Assembly (NCBI GenBank): GCA_018900835.1
Contig: JAHIFQ010000009.1
Coordinates: 1,624 to 65,623 of the forward strand
DNA from: Patescibacteria group bacterium
Lineage (GTDB): Bacteria > Patescibacteriota > Minisyncoccia > Minisyncoccales > PEYH01
Direction of reading: 5' to 3'
Length of the DNA: 64,000 nt
Shown here: one piece after another, positions 36,903 to 45,091 of the stretch
Layout of the letters: each line of letters starts with the position of its first letter
Numbering within the stretch: the stretch's first letter is position 1
Made by a program: the position numbers and the translations under genes
Notes under the pieces: model-generated
Database searches by the model: none
The model's input: the letters and a program-made list of their open reading frames with translations, nothing else
What the model was told of the DNA's origin: nothing

Positions 36903-36942
36903 AAAAATCAATCTCCTTTGTAAAGAGGAGATTGATTTTTTT
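36903..36942 (+). terminator. Rho-independent terminator of the pilin-like cluster
   Basis: aaaaatcaatctcct ttgtaaag aggagattgattttt, then tt. Confidence 0.7.
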
Positions 36943-36991
36943 CAAGAAAAAGGATAATTTAAGAAGAGATGCGATTTGTTATAAAAGCTAA

Positions 36992-37073
36992 GCCGAGGTG
37001 GTGAAATTGGCAAACACACTAGCTTTAGGAGCTAGCGCCGTAAGGTTTGTGGGTTCAACTCCCACCCTCGGCA
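36992..37073 (+). tRNA. tRNA-Leu (anticodon TAG)
   Basis: GCCGAGG..CCTCGGC A, CTAGC TTTAGGA GCTAG, long variable arm, T arm GTGGG TTCAACT CCCAC. Confidence 0.85.
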
Positions 37074-37090
37074 TTAATTTTATAAAATTA

Positions 37091-38014
37091 ATGAAAATAT
37101 CCTTTATAATTCCTATTTATAATGAAAGCGGAAATATTCCAGAGCTTTATCGCAGGTTAAAAAAAGCAATAGAAAGCGATTTCCGTGATTTTGATTATGA
37201 AATAATATTTGTGGATGACGGGAGCAATGATAATTCTTTTGATTTAATAGAAGGATTACATAATCAAAATACCAAGGTCAAGGCAATTAAATTTAGTAGA
37301 AATTTTGGTCATCATATAGCCATCACAGCTGGGCTGGATATTGCTGTTGGAGATTTCGTAGTGATGATGGATGGGGACTTGCAGGACCAACCAGAAGAGA
37401 TAATCAAGCTATGGAATAAGTTGCAGCAAGGATATGATGTGGTTTATGCTCAAAGAAAAAACAAAAAATTTGGCTATTTTAAAAAAGTCACCTCGAAATT
37501 ATTCAATTTTTTAATCAAAAAATTAATCGATGAAGATATTGAAATTAATAGTTCCATTTTTAGGATTATGACCAAAGAAGTGGTAGAAAAAATCAAAGAA
37601 TTAAGAGAATCCAACAGGTATATTATAGGCCTGATCGGTTGGGTTGGGTTTAAGCACATAGCGCAAGAAGTAGAACACGGGGAGAGATTTAAAGGCAAGG
37701 GTAAATATGATATTAATAGGCAATTTAAGTTAGCCCTTAATGCTATTTTTTCTTTTTCCACCATTCCCATTAAAATAATAACTAGGATTGGATTATTATT
37801 TATTCTTTTTTCGCTTTTTTTAGCAATTTATATTCTTATTAAAAAATTTATTTATTGTTCTATTATCGCAGGATTGACTTATGCTATTTTATTGATATTT
37901 TTTGTCGGAGGAATTCAAATTATAGCCATTGGGATTATAGGAGAATATATTGTCAGAACTTATGCAGAAGCAAGAAGAAGGCCGTTGTATATAATTAAGG
38001 ATAAATTAATTTAA
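37091..38014 (+). CDS. GT2 polyprenyl-phosphate glycosyltransferase (Dpm1/Ppm1/GtrB/ArnC-like) with two C-terminal TMs
   Basis: ISFIIPIYNESGNI, IIFVDDGSNDNS, VVMMDGDLQDQPEE (DxD). C-terminal TM pair. ATG 37091 used because the track start lies inside tRNA-Leu. Confidence 0.8.
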   Translation: MKISFIIPIYNESGNIPELYRRLKKAIESDFRDFDYEIIFVDDGSNDNSFDLIEGLHNQNTKVKAIKFSRNFGHHIAITAGLDIAVGDFVVMMDGDLQDQPEEIIKLWNKLQQGYDVVYAQRKNKKFGYFKKVTSKLFNFLIKKLIDEDIEINSSIFRIMTKEVVEKIKELRESNRYIIGLIGWVGFKHIAQEVEHGERFKGKGKYDINRQFKLALNAIFSFSTIPIKIITRIGLLFILFSLFLAIYILIKKFIYCSIIAGLTYAILLIFFVGGIQIIAIGIIGEYIVRTYAEARRRPLYIIKDKLI

Positions 38015-38015
38015 C

Positions 38016-38750
38016 ATGGAGTTTTTTGTAGAAAAATTTGATTCTGAAGTATTGGGCAAGACCGTTGCCAAGCTAATTCTTGACGAACCCATTAGTAAGA
38101 GGTTTCAAGACAAATACAAAGAATTTGTTGCAGGGAATAATCCTGATATAGTTTTTGCCTTTACTCATTTTTATCAACAGAACATTAATTTTTTAGAAGA
38201 ACAAGAGTTTGGACTAATAAGCGTTAGAACAATATATAAATGTCCAGATTTGACTTCCAAAAAGCCCAATAATGACCCAGATTTAAGCATTAAGGAGAAA
38301 GTGGATTGTCGGTTAACGCCGGATAATGATTCTGTCCAAGAAATTCTTAAAATAATTGCTCGCACTAGCAGATATTGCAAGGATATTAAATTGGGAGAAG
38401 AGTCGTGTTTTAAAATATATAATCAATGGCTTGTTAATAGTTTTTCAGGATATGCTAAAAAAATATTTTTTCTTTTTTATAAAGAAGTAGTGATAGGATT
38501 TGTCACGCTTAAAGAAAAAGACGATAAGGTTTGGGTGGACCTTATAGGAATAGGCGCTGGCCTTCAAGGAAAGGGGCTAGGAGATTTGCTTATTGATAAA
38601 TGTAAGCAATATTGCCAAGAGAACAAAAAAGAGCTATGGGTTATTACAGAGGGAGAAAATATAGGAGCGAGTAGGTTTTATCAAAAAAATGGATTTTTGA
38701 TTCAAATTTTAGAGCTGGTATTCCATAAACATTTAAATAAATCATTATGA
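38016..38750 (+). CDS. GNAT-family N-acetyltransferase (sugar N-acetyltransferase candidate)
   Basis: The C-terminal LIGIGAGLQGKGLGDLLIDK...GASRFYQKNGF is the acetyl-CoA binding motif A/B. It has an extra N-terminal domain, as in sugar-nucleotide acetyltransferases. Confidence 0.65.
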   Translation: MEFFVEKFDSEVLGKTVAKLILDEPISKRFQDKYKEFVAGNNPDIVFAFTHFYQQNINFLEEQEFGLISVRTIYKCPDLTSKKPNNDPDLSIKEKVDCRLTPDNDSVQEILKIIARTSRYCKDIKLGEESCFKIYNQWLVNSFSGYAKKIFFLFYKEVVIGFVTLKEKDDKVWVDLIGIGAGLQGKGLGDLLIDKCKQYCQENKKELWVITEGENIGASRFYQKNGFLIQILELVFHKHLNKSL

Positions 38751-39778
38751 AAAAAACAATTTTAATAGCAGGGTCTGGCGGATACTTAGGTAGCGAAATG
38801 GTGAAAGATTTTTTATCTAAGGGATATAAGATTAAGGCATTAGATAGGCATTTTTTTGGTTATAAATTCGGAGATATTGAAAATAAAAACATCGAAGTCA
38901 TTCAAGAAGACATAAGGTGGATAGGAGAAGATTTTTTAAGAGGAGTAGATGTTATTATAAATTTAGCTGGGCTTTCCAATGACCCAAGCGTTGATTTAGC
39001 GCCTGCAGCTAGCGAGGATATAAATTATATAGGGGCAGTAGAATTGGCGAAAAAAGCAAAGAATGTGGGCGTAAAAAAATACATTTTTTCTTCTTCTTGT
39101 AGCGTCTATGGCCAAGGAGACGATACTCAATTAACAGAGGAATCAAAATTGAGGCCGGTTTCTCTTTATGCTATTTTGAAAGCCAAAGCAGAGGAAGAAA
39201 TATTATCTCTATCAGATGATAATTTTTGCGTTACTTCATTAAGGAATTCAACACTTTACGGATTATCAGAGCACAGAATGAGGTTCGATTTAGTGGTTAA
39301 TTTGATGACGCTTAACGCATGGAGAGATGGTAAGATTTTTGTTTTGGGCGGTGGTGAACAGTGGAGGCCGCTGATGCACTTGAAAGACGCGATTAATGCT
39401 TTTGAGAGAGTCATTGAAGAAGACAACCTCTCCAAGATAAATAAACAAACATTTAATGTCGGCTCAAACAATCAGAATTATAAAATAATTCAAGTCGCTA
39501 ATTTGGTGAGGAATGTTTTGCCAAATACTAAAATCGAATCTATTCCAAGCGACACAGACAAAAGGGACTATAATGTTTTGTTCAATAAAATTAGACAAAT
39601 TCTGAATTTTGAGCCACGGTTCACCGTGGAGGATGGGATAAAAGAAATAGTAGAGGCATTAGAGAGAAAAATAATCGATGGCAATGACACTAGGACCAAT
39701 ACCGTGAGATATTATAAGCATCTAATAGATACTGATAGAGTTTTATCAGACGTAAAGCTTCGGGGAAGAATATTTTAA
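38747..39778 (+). CDS. NAD-dependent sugar-nucleotide epimerase/dehydratase (extended SDR)
   Basis: GSGGYLGSEMV (GxxGxxG), SSSCSVYG, YAILKAKAE (YxxxK). Confidence 0.85.
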   Translation: MKKTILIAGSGGYLGSEMVKDFLSKGYKIKALDRHFFGYKFGDIENKNIEVIQEDIRWIGEDFLRGVDVIINLAGLSNDPSVDLAPAASEDINYIGAVELAKKAKNVGVKKYIFSSSCSVYGQGDDTQLTEESKLRPVSLYAILKAKAEEEILSLSDDNFCVTSLRNSTLYGLSEHRMRFDLVVNLMTLNAWRDGKIFVLGGGEQWRPLMHLKDAINAFERVIEEDNLSKINKQTFNVGSNNQNYKIIQVANLVRNVLPNTKIESIPSDTDKRDYNVLFNKIRQILNFEPRFTVEDGIKEIVEALERKIIDGNDTRTNTVRYYKHLIDTDRVLSDVKLRGRIF

Positions 39779-39807
39779 ATTACAATATAAATCATAAATA
39801 TAATTTT

Positions 39808-40935
39808 ATGAAAATTGAATTTTATAGACACAATCTTAATGATGACGACAAAAAAGAAGTTCAAAAGATTTTAGAATCTTTGTTTTTAACCACAGGAGAT
39901 TCTGTTGTGGAGTTTGAGAATAAATTCGCAAAATATACTGAGAACCAGCATGCCCTGGGCATTACCTCTTGTACAGAGGGACTTTTTTTGGGATTAAAAT
40001 ATTTAGGCATTAAAGATGGAGACGAAGTGATCACGACCCCAATGTCTTTTGTGTCCACCGCCAATAGCATAGAGTATTGCAATGCCAAGCCAGTGTTTGT
40101 AGACGCGGAGAAGACAACAGGGAATATTGATATTGATAAGATTGAGGCAGTCATTGCTCCCAATACAAAAGCAGTAATTCCTGTTCATCTCTATGGGCAG
40201 ATGTGCGACATGAAGCGCTTAAAAGAGATTGCAATTAAGAATAATCTTAAAATAATTGAGGATTCTGCTCATTGTATAGAGGGGAGCAGAGATGATGTTA
40301 GGCCCGGGCAATTGGGTGACATCGCTTGTTATAGTTTCTATGCTACAAAGAATATAACCTGTGGCGAAGGTGGCGCGATAACATGTAATAATCAAGATGC
40401 GCATGATTGGATTAAAAAAGCGAGATTACACGGCATAAGCAAGTCAGCTGCCGATAGATATACAAAAAGATATGAACATTATGATATGGATTTTTTGGGC
40501 TTTAAGGCAAATATGACCAATATAGACGCAGCCCTACTGATTCATCAAATAGACAGAATAGAAGAATTATTGTCAGCTAAAGAGAATATAGCAAAAAGAT
40601 ATGATGATGGGTTTAGTAATAATCTATTTATATCAATTCCTAATGTTTTGCCAAATAGCAAGCATGCTCGCCATATTTATACCATATGGGTTAATCCACA
40701 AAAGAGAGACGAGTATATGCACCAGCTTCAAGATGTTGGAATAGGGGTTGCGGTGAATTTTAGGCCAATTCATTTGATGAAATATTATAGGGAGAAATAT
40801 GGGTATAAGCCCGGAGACTTTCCTGTTGCAGAAAAAATTGGGAATAGCACCATTACAATTCCGCTTTATTCTGGCCTGAAAGATGAAGAAGTAGATTATA
40901 TTATAAATTCAATTAATAAGATTATAATTCAATAA
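39808..40935 (+). CDS. DegT/DnrJ/EryC1/StrS-family PLP-dependent sugar aminotransferase
   Basis: VITTPMSFVSTAN, IIEDSAHC, SFYATKNITCGEGGAI (PLP-lysine motif). Confidence 0.88.
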   Translation: MKIEFYRHNLNDDDKKEVQKILESLFLTTGDSVVEFENKFAKYTENQHALGITSCTEGLFLGLKYLGIKDGDEVITTPMSFVSTANSIEYCNAKPVFVDAEKTTGNIDIDKIEAVIAPNTKAVIPVHLYGQMCDMKRLKEIAIKNNLKIIEDSAHCIEGSRDDVRPGQLGDIACYSFYATKNITCGEGGAITCNNQDAHDWIKKARLHGISKSAADRYTKRYEHYDMDFLGFKANMTNIDAALLIHQIDRIEELLSAKENIAKRYDDGFSNNLFISIPNVLPNSKHARHIYTIWVNPQKRDEYMHQLQDVGIGVAVNFRPIHLMKYYREKYGYKPGDFPVAEKIGNSTITIPLYSGLKDEEVDYIINSINKIIIQ

Positions 40936-40967
40936 AATTTAGCATTAAAAAAGTTGATAAATGAACT

Positions 40968-40991
40968 AAAAATCCGCTTAAGCGGATTTTT
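40968..40991. terminator. Bidirectional terminator between convergent genes
   Basis: aaaaatccgc ttaa gcggattttt. Confidence 0.7.
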
Positions 40992-41012
40992 AGTTAGACC
41001 GTAGAAGTGCGT

Positions 41013-42365
41013 TTAAAATATATTGAAATATCGTTGAAATCCGTAAGTGGTGGGAGCTGAGGCGATAAACCCACCTATGATAATAAGAATCATTATCCAA
41101 AACAATTTTTTATTGTGTTTTCTTATCCAATCCAAAATGATTCCCAAATTAACAATTGTGAGAACATATGAGGGGAAATAGTGATAAAGGAAAGTTGAGC
41201 GAGAAATTAGGATGAACGGCAATAAATTAAACAGATATCCGAATAAAATAAAGAATATTAAAAATGGAGATATGGCAAACTCATCTCTTATTTTTTTTGA
41301 CAATAAGCTGAATACCAACATTATCATTCCGATACTTGATAGTATCCAGATGACATAGTTTCCAACCAATCCAATGGCAGCAACATTGGGCTTGTCTGCT
41401 GTTGTGGTTGCTGTTGGCTCGAGCCAGTATGTTATCGTCGTTTCCATAAAAGGCCATTCGTAAAAACGACTACTGCTTGGGTGTGAAAAATCACCACTTT
41501 CTTGGCTTTGAAACATTATATAATTCATTCTTGCCAATTTCCCTGGGAAAGAAAGCTGTTCAAAATCGTCCCCTCTAAATTGTATTGGAGAAAATCTTTC
41601 TCCATATTGATTCCAAAAATTATCCACCTTATTATTGTTCGGAGTAATATGGAATTGGACCCAAAATGACAAACAATAAACGAATATAACACAAATTCCT
41701 AAAACAATTCCAGTTTTTGACCATTCTCTCAAACGAGCCTTTGATTCTGATAATTTCATCATTACAAGAAGAATGGCTGTAGCAATTATGCCGAGTCCTG
41801 TCCATTTGACTGATAGGCAAGCACCCAAACTTAATCCTGATAAAATAATAAAAAGCCATTTTATTTTGATGCGTTTTTCATCCATGGCTTTCAAAAGCAG
41901 AAAGAGGCCGAGGATGCCGAAGAATATGAGAAAAATATCAATAAGAATAAGCCGCGACTGAACGAGAATAGCATTTTCGCAAACAAATAAAAATCCTCCG
42001 ATCAGAGCGATTTCTTTTGATTTGGTCAGTATTTTTATAAAAGCGTAAAACACCATTAGAGACAATACTCCGAATAGCGCTGGTAAAAATCTTAATGCGA
42101 AAAAAATATAAGGAGAGCAAGGATGCCCCACTTCTTCAAATGTGCAGTTTGGTTCTATATTAAAAATCCAACCAGCCCCAGCGAGCATCATTTCTCCCAA
42201 TGGAGGATGCCCAGAGAAAGAGGGGTCTCTCGTCAAATAGGCAGAAGCGAATTTGCCATAATGATATTCATCAAAAACTACCTCTGAAGGGTAGTTTAGG
42301 AACATAAAATGGGTGAGGAAGGATAGAGAAATTAGAACAATCAGAAGCCAGTCCGTCTTTGTCAT
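41013..42365 (-). CDS. GT-C glycosyltransferase of the PMT (protein O-mannosyltransferase, GT39-like) type
   Basis: Loop-1 motif VVFDEYHYGKFASAYL matches the PMT DE-x-H-F/Y-GK signature. At least 9 predicted TMs (counted by eye) with a large extracytoplasmic loop. Confidence 0.75.
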   Translation of the reverse strand: MTKTDWLLIVLISLSFLTHFMFLNYPSEVVFDEYHYGKFASAYLTRDPSFSGHPPLGEMMLAGAGWIFNIEPNCTFEEVGHPCSPYIFFALRFLPALFGVLSLMVFYAFIKILTKSKEIALIGGFLFVCENAILVQSRLILIDIFLIFFGILGLFLLLKAMDEKRIKIKWLFIILSGLSLGACLSVKWTGLGIIATAILLVMMKLSESKARLREWSKTGIVLGICVIFVYCLSFWVQFHITPNNNKVDNFWNQYGERFSPIQFRGDDFEQLSFPGKLARMNYIMFQSQESGDFSHPSSSRFYEWPFMETTITYWLEPTATTTADKPNVAAIGLVGNYVIWILSSIGMIMLVFSLLSKKIRDEFAISPFLIFFILFGYLFNLLPFILISRSTFLYHYFPSYVLTIVNLGIILDWIRKHNKKLFWIMILIIIGGFIASAPTTYGFQRYFNIF

Positions 42366-42773
42366 TTATTTATCCTTTATAGTGATTTTTTTCTTGGAAA
42401 TTGTTTGGGCTTTTGGGATTTTTAGAGTGAGTACTCCATTTTTTACCTCTGCCTTAGCTGAAGCGATTTTCGCTTTTTCAGGCAAGATGATTTTTTTGGA
42501 AAATGGTCCCCAATAACACTCCTGCTGAAAGTAATTTTTTATTCCATCGCTTTCTGGCTTCTGGCGGGAGCCCTTGATAATCAGCATATCCTCTTCAGCA
42601 GAGATGTCCAAATCGCTGGCGCTGATGCCTGCAATTGTTGACTGGATGACGATTTCCTTGTCGGTTTCATAAGCATCTATTGCCAACTCGCCCTCGTTGT
42701 TTTGGGATAGCCACTGTTCCTGTGGTTGTTTTTCTTCTTTTTCCGGTTGTTCTGATTTTGATTTTTTAAACAT
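42366..42773 (-). CDS. Hsp20/alpha-crystallin small heat-shock protein
   Basis: ELAIDAYETDKEIVIQSTIAGISASDLDISAEEDMLIIKGSR...AEVKNGVLTLKIPK. Confidence 0.88.
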   Translation of the reverse strand: MFKKSKSEQPEKEEKQPQEQWLSQNNEGELAIDAYETDKEIVIQSTIAGISASDLDISAEEDMLIIKGSRQKPESDGIKNYFQQECYWGPFSKKIILPEKAKIASAKAEVKNGVLTLKIPKAQTISKKKITIKDK

Positions 42774-42780
42774 AATTTTA

Positions 42781-43497
42781 TTAAAGCGGTTTGCGCATAC
42801 CGTAAATTTTTAATTTGTTAACCTTTTTGAATTCGTATAAAACAACGAGGAATAAGCCGAAGAGCATTGATATTATAATCACTGCCTTAGACCATCCTTC
42901 TATCGTTATAGCAAGATTATACACCCCATGCAAGATGATAGAAGCTGTCAGTCCTGTAATAAAAAGCAAGGTATTTCTTTTCTTTTTAATAAGAGATAGG
43001 GCTAAAAAGAATCCGATGTTTGCCGAGCAAAGGGCATGCAGAAATGTTGCGCCAATAAATCTTCCGCTTAGAGTGAGAATTGTTTTTTCCAAAAGCTCGG
43101 GTTGTTTTAGGACAAACAGGACCAAGATGTTTTCTAAAGCAGCAAATCCCAGTCCAGCTATTATCATATAAATCATTGCGTCTATTGGTTCGTCAAACGC
43201 AGGGTCTCTTAATATCCTAAATTTTATTATCAGATATTTTGCCACTTCCTCAACCAAAGCAACGCCTAAAAGAAAATAAATGGCAAGCATTACGCCGGAA
43301 GGAAGGTTAAAGTTTTTGAGTACGCCTACAAAGCCCCACTCTATCAAGGCAACAGGTAGAGTAATTGCCATTCCGTAAATAAATATCTTTATCACCATTT
43401 CATTTGGTTCAGGCCTCTTGTCTTTTCTAAGATAAAAAAGCAACCAGATAATACTTGGCACAAGCCCGAGAATTATGAAAATAGGGTATTGAAACAT
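42781..43497 (-). CDS. PrsW-family intramembrane metalloprotease
   Basis: VALVEEVAKYL (EExxK), FLHALCSAN and ILHGVYN His motifs. Multiple TMs. Confidence 0.75.
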   Translation of the reverse strand: MFQYPIFIILGLVPSIIWLLFYLRKDKRPEPNEMVIKIFIYGMAITLPVALIEWGFVGVLKNFNLPSGVMLAIYFLLGVALVEEVAKYLIIKFRILRDPAFDEPIDAMIYMIIAGLGFAALENILVLFVLKQPELLEKTILTLSGRFIGATFLHALCSANIGFFLALSLIKKKRNTLLFITGLTASIILHGVYNLAITIEGWSKAVIIISMLFGLFLVVLYEFKKVNKLKIYGMRKPL

Positions 43498-43500
43498 AAT

Positions 43501-43563
43501 TTAATCAATAATGATTAATCATTTATCGCTAATCACTTATCATTGGTCATTGATGATTAATCA
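43501..43563 (+). repeat. Heptamer array ttaatca/ataatga/ttaatca/tttatcg/ctaatca/cttatca/ttggtca/ttgatga/ttaatca
   Basis: Read directly. It fills the spacer between the prsW-like start and the tsaD stop (which lies inside the last unit). Confidence 0.75.
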
Positions 43564-44771
43564 GCGATGCGGAGATTTGGTTCTGCTTTGATTTTATTCC
43601 AATTTATCGCTTTTTTATTTGGGATTCGCAGATACGCAGACATTGCTATCATCGCCGCGTTATCTGTGCAGTATTTGCCACTTGAAACAATTAGGTTAGC
43701 TTCTGGACTGTATTCTTGAACTTTTTTTTCAAATTGTATTCTTAATTCTTTATTCGCTGCCACGCCTCCGCCGAGCATAATTGTTTTTACTCTATAATCC
43801 CTCGCTGCTTTAAGGGTTTTCTTGATTAACACATCGATAATTGCTTGTTGGGCTTCTTTTGCAATCAGGCGGATATATTCTTTTGATTTTTTTATTTTAC
43901 TGTTTCTTTTTATATAATCATACAATACTGATGTTTTAAGTCCAGAAAAACTAAAATCATAATCCTTGGTATTGAGCATTGGCCTCGGCAGTTTTATTGA
44001 TAATTTATCATTGATCATTGATGATTGCTTGGCTTGTTGGGCAATGACTGGTCCGCCAGGGTAGCCAAGACCAAGGATTCTTGCTATTTTATCAAATGCT
44101 TCGCCAGCAGCATCATCTCTTGTCTCTCCCAATATCTTATATTGCCCAATTTTTTTTACTAAGATAATCTGCGTATGCCCACCGCTTACTATCAAACAAA
44201 TCGCAGGCAATTTAATTTTATTTTCTGTTTTCTGTTTTACGTTTTGCGTTTTGCGCTTTGCGCTTTCGCCAATTGGCGTTAGCCAATTGGCGAGTAGGTG
44301 TCCCTCAATATGATTCACTGGAATTATTGGTACTCCCCACCAATAGGCGAGCGCTTTGGCGAAATTAACCCCAGTCCAAAGACAGGGGTCAAGGCCAGGG
44401 CCTACAGTCACTGCGATATAATCAATCTCCGGCTTCTGATATTTTCCCAAAAACTTCTCTGTTTTATCGTAAAGGAATTTTTCTCTTTCTAATATATTTT
44501 TTAATTTTAGATTTTTAACTGTAATTTTTAACTTTTCATTTTTAACTTTTAACTTAAGCATATTTGTTGCCCTTAAACCTTGTTCTAAAAGCGGGACAAG
44601 ATTTTTTTGGTGTTCCCTCCGCGCAAAAGATGGATACACTCCTCCCCATTTTTTATGAATCTCCTTTTGCGATGAGATAAGATTAGACATTAATTTAAAA
44701 TCTTTGGCAGATGGTTCTGCCAAAGCAATACAAGTATCATCGCAGGATGTTTCTATTGCTAAAATTTTCAT
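43557..44771 (-). CDS. tsaD: tRNA N6-adenosine threonylcarbamoyltransferase TsaD, carrying two low-complexity insertions
   Basis: MKILAIETSCDDT, VTVGPGL, VNHIEGHLLA, IVSGGHTQII, GETRDDAAGEAFDK, GYPGGP motifs. The extra segments LKLKVKNEKLKITVKNLKLKN and ESAKRKTQNVKQKTENK are encoded by heptamer arrays. Confidence 0.92.
   Translation of the reverse strand: MKILAIETSCDDTCIALAEPSAKDFKLMSNLISSQKEIHKKWGGVYPSFARREHQKNLVPLLEQGLRATNMLKLKVKNEKLKITVKNLKLKNILEREKFLYDKTEKFLGKYQKPEIDYIAVTVGPGLDPCLWTGVNFAKALAYWWGVPIIPVNHIEGHLLANWLTPIGESAKRKTQNVKQKTENKIKLPAICLIVSGGHTQIILVKKIGQYKILGETRDDAAGEAFDKIARILGLGYPGGPVIAQQAKQSSMINDKLSIKLPRPMLNTKDYDFSFSGLKTSVLYDYIKRNSKIKKSKEYIRLIAKEAQQAIIDVLIKKTLKAARDYRVKTIMLGGGVAANKELRIQFEKKVQEYSPEANLIVSSGKYCTDNAAMIAMSAYLRIPNKKAINWNKIKAEPNLRIAD
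44221..44270 (+). repeat. Seven-unit heptamer array ttttctg/ttttctg/ttttacg/ttttgcg/ttttgcg/ctttgcg/ctttcgc inside the tsaD CDS
   Basis: Read directly. The antisense strand translates to ESAKRKTQNVKQKTEN within TsaD. Confidence 0.8.
44501..44556 (+). repeat. Eight-unit heptamer array ttaattt/tagattt/ttaactg/taatttt/taacttt/tcatttt/taacttt/taactta inside the tsaD CDS
   Basis: Its reverse complement contains gttaaaaatgaaaagttaaaaat, a 23-nt exact match to intergenic 14601-14623. Confidence 0.8.
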
Positions 44772-44844
44772 TGCTTACTTAGAATATCAAACCCCTTGAA
44801 TTTTTACAACTTTTTGTCTATTATAAAGCCACGCTTGGAAGTCC

Positions 44845-45005
44845 CAATTTTCAATTTACAATTTTCAATGAAATTACAAATCTTAATTTCCAAACCAAAT
44901 TTTGAAAATTAGTGCTTGGTATTTATTTGGGATTTGAAAATTAAAAATTTGATTCAAAATTCGAGTTTCATTCAAAATTCAAAATTAGAAATTAAAAATT
45001 AATTC
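44845..45005 (+). repeat. 161-nt spacer readable as 23 consecutive heptamers in one register (caatttt/caattta/caatttt/caatgaa ... ttcaaaa/ttcaaaa/ttagaaa/ttaaaaa/ttaattc)
   Basis: Read directly. The middle units are degenerate. It ends 1 nt before tRNA-Glu. Confidence 0.6.
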
Positions 45006-45006
45006 T

Positions 45007-45078
45007 GGCCCTATCGTCTAGTGGTTAGGACATCAGGTTTTCAACCTGACGACCGGGGTTCGACTCCCCGTAGGGCCG
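45007..45078 (+). tRNA. tRNA-Glu (anticodon TTC)
   Basis: GGCCCTA..TAGGGCC G, TCAGG TTTTCAA CCTGA, T arm CGGGG TTCGACT CCCCG. Confidence 0.88.
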
Positions 45079-45091
45079 CAACATTATTTCT

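Noticed and set aside
36998-37090. N-terminal extension of the GT2 ORF
   Set aside because: It lies inside tRNA-Leu(TAG). The conserved GT2 start MKISFIIPIYNE begins at 37091.
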